From positions 100,750,001 through 100,814,000 of the forward strand of contig OZ024740.1 of NCBI GenBank assembly GCA_964016885.1: DNA of 64,000 nucleotides, read 5' to 3'. How positions within the stretch are numbered: the first letter of the stretch is position 1; every line of letters starts with the position of its first letter. A program made the translations under genes and the position numbers. Source of the DNA: Eledone cirrhosa. Lineage: Eukaryota. Below the pieces are notes generated by a model. It made no database searches and was not told the DNA's origin. It saw only the letters and a program-made list of their open reading frames with translations. This document shows positions 24,305 to 37,700 of the stretch, in pieces.

Positions 24305-24895
24305 GGTGCTACTGGTAACATGTATCCCAGTACAATCTGTCTCATGGTCAGGTCGTTGGCGACTAAACTGGCAAATCCACCAAGGTTTTTGGTGAGGAGT
24401 GTGACTTTGGACATCCTGCAAGACTAAAAACAAAACCTGTCAAATGGCAAAGGTGCTCTTAAGAGTCAATGGCCATCCAAAATCACCGGGAGTGATGACC
24501 CCTTAGCCTTTGTCAAGGCAGAATTATAGGAGAAGGAAAACTCTGATATAACACCTGCAACTCTGATGGTATCCAATGATGTTGACTTGTTCTTCTTTTT
24601 GGTAAATATCATCTTGGTTAAGAGGGTGGGACTGGCTTTGTGCAGTGCTCACTATAAAAGCTTCACGGCACAGGCATTGCTTTATATCTGGAGATCTCTC
24701 TGCACTTGTCATCACAGGGTACAATGGGCCCGGCACTATGTGTCAGTAATTGTCACAAGTGTAGTGTTTGTACCAGAGTTTTCAAGTCGCTGGTTGGACT
24801 AAAATGTCACACTCGTTCAGCGCATCGGTAGGGGTTCTCCTACATGGATATAAAGTAGTGGCCGTACTCGAAAACGAGTTGGCAGCCACCATGTA
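24305..24895 (+). mobile_element. Short internally deleted RTE-like element (5' UTR with HDV-like ribozyme candidate joined to a C2H2-finger 3' end)
   Basis: 5' part is homologous to 55195-55372 and followed by ggagaaggaaaactctg. 3' part reads HKCSVCTRVFKSLVGLKCHTRSAHR*. (ATGT)n flanks. Confidence 0.55.
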
Positions 24896-24998
<103 letters not shown>

Positions 24999-24999
24999 T

Positions 25000-25389
25000 G
25001 GAGGCACATGGCTTAGTGGTTAGAACATTGGCCTTGCAATCGAAAGATTGTGATTTCAATTCTCAGACTGGGTGATGCATTGTTTCCTTGAGCAAGACAC
25101 TTTATTTCACATTGCTCCAGTTCACTCAGCTGTAGAAATGAGATAATAGGGAGTGGGATCCCTATCATTGAACTGCAAAGTGGTCGTGGAGGTGCCACGG
25201 CAAAAAAAAAAACCACCCAGCTTACGCTGTAAAGTGGATGTGTAGGTGCCATTGGAAAAAAGCACCTAGCACTCTCTGTAAATGAGGTTGGTGTTAGGAA
25301 GGGCATTCAGCTGTAGAAATCAAGCCAGAATGAGTTCCCATCCCACCCTTGCAAGCAGAGAAAAGCGAACGTAAAATGATGATGATGAT
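25000..25389 (+). mobile_element. CORE-type SINE family A copy
   Basis: Highly similar to 18129-18473, with one extra internal subrepeat. Confidence 0.85.
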
Positions 25390-27254
25390 ATATCATCGCC
25401 ATTAAACATCCAAGAAAATGGATGTTAAAATGTGAGCCAAGTCAGATCAAATGACCATATATTGCTCATACAAAAACCGTTTTGGGCTTGGTTTCTACAC
25501 TGGGATTCCTTCCTAATGCCAACCACATTTACAGTGTGTACTGGGTGCCTTTTACCCTGGCACCAAAATGATGATTTTACAGTGTGGACTAGGTGCCTTT
25601 TATTGTGACACCAACATGACCACTTGTGGGCTGGACATTTATTGTCATGTCATACCACCAAACCAACCACTCTACAGGGAAGACTGGGGGCCTTCTATCA
25701 TGCTACCAACATAACCACTTTACAGGGTGGGCTGAGTGCTTTCTGTCATGTCTTCAACATGACCACCTCACAAGTGGGAGTGGGAACTCACCCATCATGT
25801 CACCAGCACACATACCCTGCAGGGATGATTAGGTGCTCTTTGTAATGTTACCTAACAGAAAAGACTCAGTGCTCTTTTGTCATGTTACCATCATGACCAC
25901 CTTACAGCTTTCAGCCAATCCAGCAGCATTTAGGTACAGCATGTCCAGCTTTCCATACTTGTTTACATGGGTTGTTCAAGAGTGGTGCATCAGTGTGTGG
26001 AAATCTCTGAGTAAAATGTTCCAGTCTTGTTGCTTTGATGTTTGTTTAAAATTTAAACTTAAAAAGAATACTTTCAGGCTTTGTGTTTTGACGTTTTCTG
26101 TAGTATCTGCAAGAATTAGGAGGAGGATGTCAATTGCTATATATAGAATACATATGGCAAATGATATCAAATAAAATAATAAATACCAAGTAAAAACAAA
26201 CAACTTTGATGCCTTCATTTAAACTAAATTTTACAGTCCATTTTGCATGGTCTTATCCTTCTTAAAATAAATCATTTACTACAATTTATATATATAAATG
26301 GTGATAGTCTTCCACATGGTTTCCATCTAATAAATTCCACTGACAGGGAACTAGTCAACCCTAAAGTATGCTGAAAGACCTTTATTTGCCCATGAGACCA
26401 CACATTTTAATTGAACTCAAAACCACATTATTGCAAACCTAAAATATTTCTCACACAGCTTTGAATATTTACATATGCATGCTTAATGAAGATGTGGCAA
26501 TAAAGAATACAACAATATTAAAGTAATATACAAATATATAAACCTGTTGAAAATATCTTATATAAATAAGGTCATGCTTTTGAATACTAGATTTATTTAT
26601 AACTTACAGCAAAGCAGTTTCATGCTAATAAGCTAACTTATATGTGATTTATTACAAGATTTTCAGAAAAAAGAGATTAGAATAGATTGGGAATTAGTAA
26701 TATAGCTGCCAAGAAATTTAAAGTTAGTAAGCAGAAATAAAATATCCAGAAGAATTCTCAATTGAGAATTACCATGTTTTCTGAAAACTTTTCATCAATG
26801 TTTGATTATATAATATGTCATAAAAATATATTTATCAAACTTTATTTATAATCTTTAAGTAAATACTTGAAACATCACAATAGTTAAGTAGATAAAATTT
26901 TGACATTTTGGTTGAAGAATTCTGAATTGTTATGTCATCATTGGATTTGAGCTGTGTCCTGGGAGATGCCAATGAATTGCAGCTTTTCCACATTATTGAC
27001 AGCAAAGCAGGTGATAAAAGAAGGATTTTGTGATTTAGAAGAATGGAACTGAATGAAAACTGATGGTTTACAGTACTTAGATTGAATCCCTTCAGATAAG
27101 AATGAATAACTAAATATTTTAACATAATTCAACATTGTTATCATGTTCAGTTTAGTGTTTCTTTCTCCTTGCTAGTGAAGTGGGGTAGGATCCATATATA
27201 CACCAAATATCACAAGAAGGATGCCTGCAAAGGCATGTTTGTGCACCATGACTT

Positions 27255-28351
27255 TGTAGTAAGACGCCTTACGCTCCCCTGTCGGATAATGGACCAGGCC
27301 TAGTTGTCTCCCCTGGTTGAGAACACTATTTAAGTAAGCAGCAGTATTACTTTCTTAGACAAGCCACGGAGACAGCAAACAGCAGACAGCCTTTGGACCA
27401 CGAGATCACACAGATATCAATACACTGAACTCCTATGCCGAAGCCACAAGGATAGAGTTGGCCGAGCACTGGCTCATAATTGATTTCACTTTACTGGTCC
27501 CGTCACATTGGTGACCCAGACGTGGGCGTTACATTCTGTGAAGCCCCCGCTCACACAGCCTTACACTGGACCTTACCGTGTCTTAGCGCGCTCGGCTAAG
27601 CATTTCACTCTAGATATTAAAGGGTCCAGGGAGACAGTTACAATAGACAGGCTTAAGCAGGCACATCTGGACACGGACGCTGTGGTTCCTGACCCACGAA
27701 CCCCTTCGTATTTGCCTGTTGAGCGAACGCCTGTTCCTGAACCACCATCATCGCCTGTCCCTACACCACCACCATCGCCACGTTACAAGACCACGACCCG
27801 TTCAGGTCGTAGGGTCTACTGGCCCAAAACATTTTGCAGCACCGTCTATAGTTAGACTGTGTTAGCTGCACCTTTTTTTTTGCTTGTGTTTCTGCTTTTT
27901 TTTTTTGCTTTTTTTTTATGCATGCATGTTTTTTAACATTTTTCAAATCCTTATTCTGGATTTAACGATTGGTAGAGCGAATAGCTCCCCCTTGTTGCAT
28001 TGTTCGCCATCTTACTCCACGTGTGAGTAATAACATCGATTTTCGATGATTTGAAAATCTGGCAGGGGTACTGTAGTAAGACGCCTCACGCGCCCCTGTC
28101 GGATAATGGACCAGGCCTAGTTGTCTCCCCCTGGTTGAGAACACTATTTAAGTAAGCAGCAGTATTACTTTCTCAGACAAGCCACGGAGACAGCAAACAG
28201 CAGACAGCCTTTGGACCACGAGATCACACAGATGTCAATACACTGAACTCCTATGCCGAAGCCACAAGGATAGAGTTGGCCGAGCACTGGCTCATAACTG
28301 ATTTCACTTTACTGGTCCCGTCACATTGGTGACCCAGACGTGGGCGTTACA
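27255..28351 (+). mobile_element. Internally deleted Gypsy LTR retrotransposon (LTRs 27255-27533 and 28072-28351)
   Basis: TG...CA direct repeats of 279/280 bp with about 6 differences by eye. PPT-like ggcagggg before the right LTR. PBS-like TGGTGACCCAGACGTG. Confidence 0.9.
27538..27855 (+). pseudogene. Gypsy integrase C-terminal (GPY/F) remnant
   Basis: KPPLTQPYTGPYRVLAR...TVTIDRLKQA...TTRSGRRV. Confidence 0.8.
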
Positions 28352-28780
28352 TTGGTGCCCCACGACAATTGTAATACGCGTTGCCTTCATTTCAACTGAT
28401 CACGTCTATATTGGTATGTTGTTTCATTTGTAATATAACAAACACATAATAGACAAAATAAACATCATCCTTATTTACATTGTTGAATAGAACTCTCGTT
28501 GTGGTTATTATCTTGTCTACACACACACCCACTCACTTGTTATAATTCTATGGAGTACCTATCCTCTCACTTACGAAAATGGTAAATAGACGAGGGACTT
28601 TCCCTCGCGTCTATATTGATAAACTATCCAACAAGGATTTTTCATTACCACAACTTTATCCTTACCTACGGAGTTGAAATGGCCTATATATGGAATGAGA
28701 TCTCCTGGCTAGGCAACAGATGCAGGGAGGGTAGTGACAAACATACTTGCACAGTCGAATCACTCACCAAATACTGAAAT

Positions 28781-29300
28781 GTGAAGGTAGCAACACTTAA
28801 AAGAACAAGGAGTGCACACATACCTAGAGATAACATATGCTGGCTAAAGCTGCAAGATTTCAATGAGAAGACAACAGCTGTCATCAGACAAGCCATCCAT
28901 ATAGAGGGACTGAATTTACAGCTGGTGCACTCAGATCCCTCATTGAAGAGACTGCGCCACATATTTCAACCCTCATACAATGATATGTGCACACTTCCCA
29001 GTTGCCCCTTCAACAACACAGGAGTGTGCATGAGAGAATGTGGTCTACAAGGTCACATGTAAAACATGTAGCTCTTCATGCATTTTAAGTACCATCCAGA
29101 TGCTGCACATATGGATCAAGGTGCACATGACGATGAGACCCTCTTTTAAAATACATCTTGACAGATGCGGCAGTCATTGTACTCACCATAGAGACGACAG
29201 TAAGGAATATAAACAATTTAAGAATCAAAGAGTCCATTCTATCATCAACTGGTGAAAACCACTGATAAATAATAGATTGGAAACGCATGAAGCAGACTGG
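28781..29300 (+). mobile_element. Penelope-like element GIY-YIG endonuclease remnant
   Basis: C..PSCP....C...VVYKVTCKTC....ST...LH..IKVH, then LRIKESI..KPLIN across frameshifts. Confidence 0.65.
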
Positions 29301-29934
29301 TTACTATAACAATTTCAAACATGAAAATTTCAGACACAAAACCAATTAAGAAAGAACACATCGATCGTTAGTTTAGTTTTGAACTGTTTCAGCTCCACAT
29401 TTAAAAAGAGGGTATTAGCCCTGAAATACCATGTTGAAATATTCTGGGTAAAAGATTACTTTGTTTTGTTTTATTTGCCATCATTTGTCTTTTGTAGTTT
29501 TCTACTGTATTGTACTGGCTTTTTGAAAATTATCAATCTTTTATTACATATCTCACAATGCTTCATATTAAATATACTACTATATTGATTCTTATTTTAT
29601 CTATTTTGTAGGATACAAAAAGCAAAGGGCTTTAATAGAATGTAATCCATTGCCACAAGTTATTTTCGTTTGACATACCAATTCTGCCATTCCTGGTTGT
29701 TTGAAGCTGTTTATTTACCCAGTTTTTACTTAAAGATTCTCACCATATATAATCTTTCACCATAGAAAATTGTTCATTATATCACTAAAACATGATATGA
29801 AACACTGGATAGCAACAGAATGAACTATATATAACTTTGGAACAAATAAATAACTCTGCTATATATATATTGAGTTCCTTTTCACTTTGATGTACACCCA
29901 AACTCACACACACATGCTTGTATAGATTGAATGT

Positions 29935-30860
29935 GTCTTTTCCAGCACAGTCTCTCTCCACTTGTGTTTCTTTGTTATCTCTTTATGATTTATTGTTCTG
30001 AGATCTGCTCAAATTTTCCTTGGTCGTCTTCTACTACAACTTCTTTCCACTTGGAATTTCAGGCATTTCCCCACCCAATGATCATTCATTTGCATCACAT
30101 GGTCATACCTCACAGCACATTAGCAAACATCTTACTTTCTACTTCTCTGCATGCTAAATAAACTTGCTATCTCACTTCATTTTTAGCTACTAGGTATTGT
30201 TATTTACTATCACCATTTTTACAGTCATTCCTTGACTTTAATGGCTCTATCTACTGTACTGTTCCACCAAACATAAATTTTCATCTGGCTGGTACCTTCC
30301 TCAAGCCACAGATCTTATCAGTAGCCTGAAGCATGCTCTTCTGTAGAAATTTCAAATTACCTTCTATGTCATACGTATCAATCTCCTCACTCTCGTTATA
30401 TGTGCCGTGTAAAGCTTTTCTAAACCTATATTTGACAGAGAGGTTCTTTGATTCTATACCTTTCTTTTTCAGAATGTCCTGAACTTATGGTTCTGAGTCT
30501 TATTTTGATGTAACTAATAAATAATTTGTGCTTATGGTACATTTTTCTTTGGGACAAAACTTAGTATTCATAACCATCAGTCTGTCCCATTTTTTAACAA
30601 GCATGAAGTCAATTTGCCTTGCATGTTCGCTTGATTGATAGATGCTCATGTAGTTGACCAATTTTCTGAAGTTAGTGTTGGAAAAGGTTAGGTCATTTGC
30701 ATCATTGAAATCTAGGAGCCTGATCCCTCTTCATTTCTATAGTCATATTCTTAGCCATATTTGTGTTGCTCAATATGCCTATTTTGGTCACCCACCAGAA
30801 AAATGAGGTCTCTCTCATCTGTTATTCAAGTCATCTGTAAGGGGTCCCTATAGAAATGTT
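29935..30860 (-). mobile_element. Degraded RTE-type LINE fragment (AP endonuclease and C-terminal pieces)
   Basis: Minus strand remnants RLLDFNDANDLTFSNTNFRK and QIDFMLV; GRRPRK near 30020. Confidence 0.55.
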
Positions 30861-32038
30861 TGCAATGAATTGTCATTTTATTTCTGAGGGTGATTTTGGT
30901 TTGCCCTATGTAATCTTCGTTACATTCTTTACATCTAACAGCATACATTAAATACTATTTCTAATCATTAATCTTTGTAGAAAAAACTACAGAACTTTAT
31001 TATTAATGATGTGATATTCCACAACCAATCCAAAAGAGATATGAGTTTAAGCCACGTGTTTTCATAAAACAGAAAGAAATTTCACAAAATTTCAGTTGCA
31101 AGTCACATAACCACACATCTCTCCATCTCACTTAATGTGAAAAGAGTAAAGTTAATAATAATAAATCTTCTTAAAGACTCCAATTGCATTTTCAACTGTT
31201 TCCTTTATATATATATTTAATTAAAAATGATTTTCTGAAGAGGAACAGAAAGGAACAACAATTAAATAAAATCCTCAGTACATTAGGAGAGAGGGTACAT
31301 ATATATTTCATATATAAACAACTTCTACAAGGCTAGAATTATTCCATTCATTTGGAATGTCCCAATGATTTTAAAAAAATGAAACTGATCTACTCCTGTA
31401 AAAGTCATTTCTATACAAAATATATCTATATGAAATTTCTCTTTCAATCTTTCTCTTATATATATACATAAATAGATAGATATAGATATATATATACACA
31501 CACAAATACACACACTCACATATGCAGACATATTGAAATTTCAATAAAAAAGAAAAGCATTATTATAGCTTGAAAATTTTTCCTGCCAGTAAAGTAAAGA
31601 AAACTGGCAAAGGTTTAATTAAATTAATTAGGAAAAATTTGGCTATTATGGAATAACACGTATAGAAAAATAGAATTCCAGTGTGAAAAGCTCAGAAATA
31701 AGTATAATATATAACAATTTCCCTGGTGGCTATTTTTTCTCAGGTTAACATATATGGTTTCTGCTGCCTTGAAATATACTTACTAATGACTACATCTATA
31801 AGAATATATATATATGTATATATATATATATATGTGTATGTATATATACATACATATATATACAGATGTGTGTGTGTATGTGTGAAATTATTCTTGGGAC
31901 ATTGCATTTTCCTTTTTCAAATATCTGTTGTTTTCTTTTGTGTATGATTTAGAAATTATTAAATGTGATGTATATTTTGTATGTGTTTGTGCATATACAC
32001 ACATAATACACAAAACATATAGGGGGATATCTTTATGC

Positions 32039-32076
<38 letters not shown>

Positions 32077-32286
32077 TTTATGTATATTTTAAAAAAGAGA
32101 GCATGATAAGTATACATACAATTATATATTCTAATATAAAATTAATTAATTCATATGCTCTATATGTTAAATTATTATTCTCACACTCTTGTTAAATCTA
32201 TTCAGTATGTATGTATGTATCTATTTATCTATTTCATCTATCTAACTACCTGTCTCTTTATCTATATATCTGTCTATCCATCATTT

Positions 32287-32409
<123 letters not shown>

Positions 32410-34753
32410 CATCTCTATCTCTTTCTCTCTCTCTATGTTGTTGTATGTAAAATGAGAGTAAAATTTGCTGGCCACTACCATCGTGCCACTTATGAGGCTG
32501 TGTTCCCATTAGTGCTTTGGAAACCGCAAGCAGTCACTAATAACATGGGACACATGCTCTTCTATCTCGATGTCATCTCCAGAGATTCTGGAGATAAATG
32601 ACAGAACAACGTGGAGATCAGTTGTTGAGTTGATTTTGGCTGAGGCTGCCAGATGATGATGATGATGATGATGATGATGTATATATATATATCATCCTCC
32701 TCATTATCACTGTGTAGCCTCCATGCTTGCATGGGCCAAATGGGTCGTCCATGTTGGGAGACAAGTCTGGCCAGAGTTGGCCATGCCATACCTTGCTCTA
32801 ATGAGAACTGTAAATTTGGCTGTGTATTTTACAGCAGGATGCCCTTCCTAACACCAACCACATGTACAGTGTGGAACTGGATGGCACCGTTATGAGGAGG
32901 GGCAGTCCAGTTAACTGCACCAAACCTATCTCACAGATGAACCATAGTTTTGGAGCCCGGTACTGGATGACACCGATATATATGTATATTCCCAAGTTGT
33001 GTTGGGTTGGGGGTAACCACAGCTGGAAATGGTATAGGACATCTTTATTATATATAGAAATGACTTTTACAAACTAGAACTGTTTCATTCATCAAGACAG
33101 TACTGATGATTTCATAGAAATGAAACAGTTCTACTCCTATAGAAGTCATTTCTATATAAAATAAAGATATATATATGTGTGTGTTTGTGTGTATATATAT
33201 ATATACACCCAACTGTATTAATAGTCACAGTATAATATTGTCTTCCTGGTATTCATTGCTAATTAAACATTGAGGTCGCTGATTTTGATAATCTGTTTTC
33301 TTCTACAGTAGGAGAATCATAAGGATGGATGGTTAATAATCTACAATATTAAATTGGATAAATTTACAGGTAGCTTTGTCTTGGATATCATGCTGATTAC
33401 AGTGGTACTGTAGTTCCATTGATCATCATCATTGTTTGATTTTTTCTATGCTGATTTGGGATGATCAGGTTAGTACTTAAACAAAACTACTGTCCTAAAC
33501 AGACAAGGGCCTATGACTAGCTTACATCTATTCCAGTGTTGGCATAGTTTCTACAGCTGGATGACATTCCTAATGCTGACCACTTACAAAGTGTACTGGG
33601 TGCACTTTATCATGGTGTGGGCATTAATGACTGTATCATTCCCTCAACCTTTTTTTATGTGGTTTCTATGGCTGGATGGTCTTCCTAATATGAACTACTT
33701 TACTGAGTGTACCAATCACATTTTATCATGGTTCCTGCGCTAGCGAGGTTGTCACCTTGTTGATTTGATTGTAGAACTATCCCTACCCTGTTGTTACCAA
33801 ATAAATGTCAGATACTTCACATGGAGTGTGGCAGCAACACCAGAGAAGTTGTCATTGTAGTATTTGATGATAAAATTTACAGACTAATGCATATTCTGTT
33901 TTACTTGATATTATTGTAACTATTTCTGATGATCAAGTTGCTGTCCTTGCCTACATATGTTTAATTGTACTTTCAACCCGTGGCGGACTGGCCAGGTTGT
34001 CAGGTTGCCAAATGGCAAGTGGGCATTGCAAGAGCCCACATTAGCATTGCAGGGCCCACTGTAGTATTTTAGGGGCCAATGAATTACTTTAAAAACATAC
34101 CTGAAATCTAAAGGAAAGAATAACATTTTGTAAAAAATAAATAAAACAATTAAGCAAAGCATTTGGTCAACCAATTCCCCAGGGAATTTCTAGAAACCGA
34201 AATATATGATGGTGCAAATAGCTGGAATCAGTGGTTGTACATTCTACTAAATCTAAAGCTTAGTGTATTCATTCATGCATGAAAATATACATATAAAGAC
34301 ACAAGCATTATCATCATCTTCATTTAACATCTATCTTCCACGCTAGCATGGGTTAGACAGTAGTTGTCCCAATTTGAGGCATGATAGGTCAGGTGACTGT
34401 GTCTCGCTCGTATATATATATATATATATATATATACTTACACACGAGCTACTGACCAAATAATATTTGGTATCAATGGGTTAACAGCATCTGTCAAATC
34501 AATTAGCGGTGAAGGTGGTGTATATATAGATAGATATATTTCTTTATTTACCATAAAGGCATAAAAAGAAGGGACAAATACAAAGGGGGAGTTTACATAA
34601 AACCGAGTAAAAAGGGTATAAAATGAAAATAATCAAAAACAACCTCAAAATGGAGGGGACGTGATGGGGGTTGCACACACCCCCGAAAAAGTGTGCAATC
34701 CTTTGCCCGGGGAGCACATGGAGAAGGTGCTCCCCTCTCCTTCACTTCTTTAC

Positions 34754-37700
34754 CTACAGGATGGTATACAGAGAAGGCCCATTTACACGAGCCATTCTTG
34801 CCACTATCACCCACCTTTCATAAAACTGCCTGTGGCCAAGCACCTCTCTCTCCATTCTTATCCTTCTTCCGAAGTGATATCGGAAGAAGTAGACCAGACT
34901 ATGGCCAGAGAGGAAGTTGCCTGACCTCAGACCTTTCAATCGTATCCACCAAACAACCTCTTTCAACATGGCTATTACGCACAGAAAAACCGCCTTTGCT
35001 TCCTTTGTGAAGAGGGGAGGAGGCTTGATTGTTATCACGGACTCGGCGACTCGGCGGTCAATCGAATCGGCGCCACCCGGGGCAGCAGTCGTTCGGCGTA
35101 GCCCCACAGATCAGCCACGCCTGGACAGTGCACCAATGCGTGCGCAACGGTTTCTTCGTGACGCACGCATCTAGGGCAAATCTTTTTCAAGGGATCCCTG
35201 CCCGGGCGCCCGTGTCTGTAGAGCTTTTCTCGAACGGGTAGAGCCCCCCGGTAGGACTGCCAGGCCAGTGACTTCTGGAAGTTGTCCATTGGTCCCGGGC
35301 CGAAAGTCCTACCGAATAGGCTGGCCAGTTCGTCCATGTCCAGCGACTCTCCAAGGGTGCCATCGCCCCTGTTAGCCACCAGCCCTCTATAGAATGACGA
35401 GGTGGATTCTCCACCGATGGCTGGGTCCACTTGCCAGAGAGCCCTGAGCGCCTGGGCACACTCAGTGTGCCAGTCGCCCAGTTTTCCGGATCTTTGCTTG
35501 AACCAGGACTGCAGCTCGGTGAGCGAGACGAGTCTCGGAAAGGCTCGTCTCACGAACGGAGCCCACACCGGTTGACCAGTGAGGAATACCTGTAAGTGCC
35601 GTAGCCTTAATGCGTGCCTATGCATCCTCAACCACGGCATCCCCAGCCCTCCTTTCGAAGGTTGTTGGCAGCAGATGGATCTTCTCACCATAGGAGGCCG
35701 CTTCTTCCAAAGAAATTGGAAGAGCATGCGTTCCATGGTGGTGAGTGTTTCCTTGGGGCAAGGCACGACAGTCAAGTGGTAGTAAGTGACGGACGCTATG
35801 TAAATGTTCGCCACCTCCGCCCGACCTTTTAGGGACAGCTTACACTTGGCCCATTTCTGGGTTAGTGCAAACACCTTGCTCGTAGCTTCGCCCCAGTTTT
35901 TTTCTACCTGGAGGTCCGGTCCAAACCAGACCCCAAGCAACTTCACCGGGCCCTCTGTCCAGTGTCCGACGACACCGTCGGGAGGCATCGGTTTGCCTCT
36001 CCACGTTCCGAGTTGCAGCCCGATGGATTTTTCCCGGTTCAGTTTCGCTCCTGACAACCTTTCGTATTCTTCCAGTAAGGTACCGATCGCCTCGATCTCC
36101 GAGTCGGTCGATACCATTACTGTTACGTCATCAACGTAGGCCGACACCGCTTTGCTCAATCCTGGTTCCAGGGGGATACCCTGCAACAACTCCAACTTCC
36201 TCAGTAAAGGCTCGAGAGTCAATACGTACAGAAGGGAGGAGAGAGGGCACCCCTGTCGAATGTATCGTGTGATTTCGAACGGCTTCGAAAGGTAGCCGTT
36301 CACCTTGATCCTAGAACAGATGTGGTTGCTATGTAAGGCAGTGATCCAGCCTCTGAAAACAGGACAGAACCCAGCCGCCGCTAGCACCGCATCCAGGTAA
36401 CCATGGTCGACCCTATCGAACGCCTTAGACTGATCCAAGTTGATCAGGGCCCCACCGAAGCCGGGTTTGTTGCCAACCCTCTCTATGATGTATCGCATGA
36501 GGTGGAGGTTGTCGTGAATGGACCTGGATGGGATAGCACATGTCTGCGCATCTCCCACCAGGCTACCCACGACAAGCGCCAACCTCTTTGCTAACACCAT
36601 GGCCAAAATCTTTAACTCTGTGTTTAGCAGAGTTATGGGCCGAAAATTATCTATACTATCCCCCTTGTTCTCGTCCTTCCTCACCAGCGAGACTACGCCC
36701 TTGGCTACAGAACAAGGAATTCTCCCGTTCTGCTGCCAATTGCAGTAGACTGCTTCGAGGAGTTCGGAGAAGAAGACCGGCATTGCTAAATAAAGTTCGT
36801 AAGGTATACCATCGAGACCTGGAGATTTGCGTCTGCTGCATTGGCTCAGCGCATCCCCGATCTCATCAGCCGAGATTGGTCCCTCGCAGGACTCTGCCTC
36901 TTCGCTCGAGAGACGTGGCAGGCCGTTGAGGTATGGACCGAAATCCACGTCCTCGCTCGGACCCTCGCCTTCTTCGAACAATCGAGCAAAGTGCCTTTGA
37001 AAGGCCTCGCACATCTGCTTAGGCTCCCGGATCACCCGTCCATCCTCGTCTTGCAAAGACCGGATGGTGGATCGATTTCCACTCTCAGCTTCTGTCACGC
37101 TGGCCCAGCCAACGACTTTGGCCCCCTCATTACCTAGAGCACGTATTTTACTTCGAATGACGCAGCCTTCGTGCTTTGCATCGAAAAACTGGCTCAAGGC
37201 CGTCCTCGATGCCAGCACTCTGGCCACATCTTCGCTCTTGATTGCCTCTTCTAATTTACCTGTTAATTTTTTCTCTTTCCTATTCCTATCGGCAGCTAAC
37301 ATCTTGCTATAACTTATTGATTCTGTTCTAATCTCTCTTTTGAGAGATGCCCACCATCGGTTGTTGACGATTGCACCCGTCAACCTCTCCTTAACTAATA
37401 TGCTAATCCGGTCTCTGTAAGCCTCTTTTGCCAGTAAAGACAAATTAAGTTTCCAGTAACCGGGACGCTGTCTATGTGTTCTCTCGAGGTTGACTACGCA
37501 GGTCACTAATTTGTGATCTGTATAGCCAACCGTGAGCATTTCTGGACAGCTTAATATGTCCCTATCCTTACTTCTAACTAAGAATCTATCTAAGTACGAT
37601 CTAGATTGACCACTGTGGTTCGTCCAAGTCCAGGTTGGCACAGTTGGAAAATCTAGTCGATATCTATCGACCAAGTTAAAACGGTCGAGTAACCCCTTGA

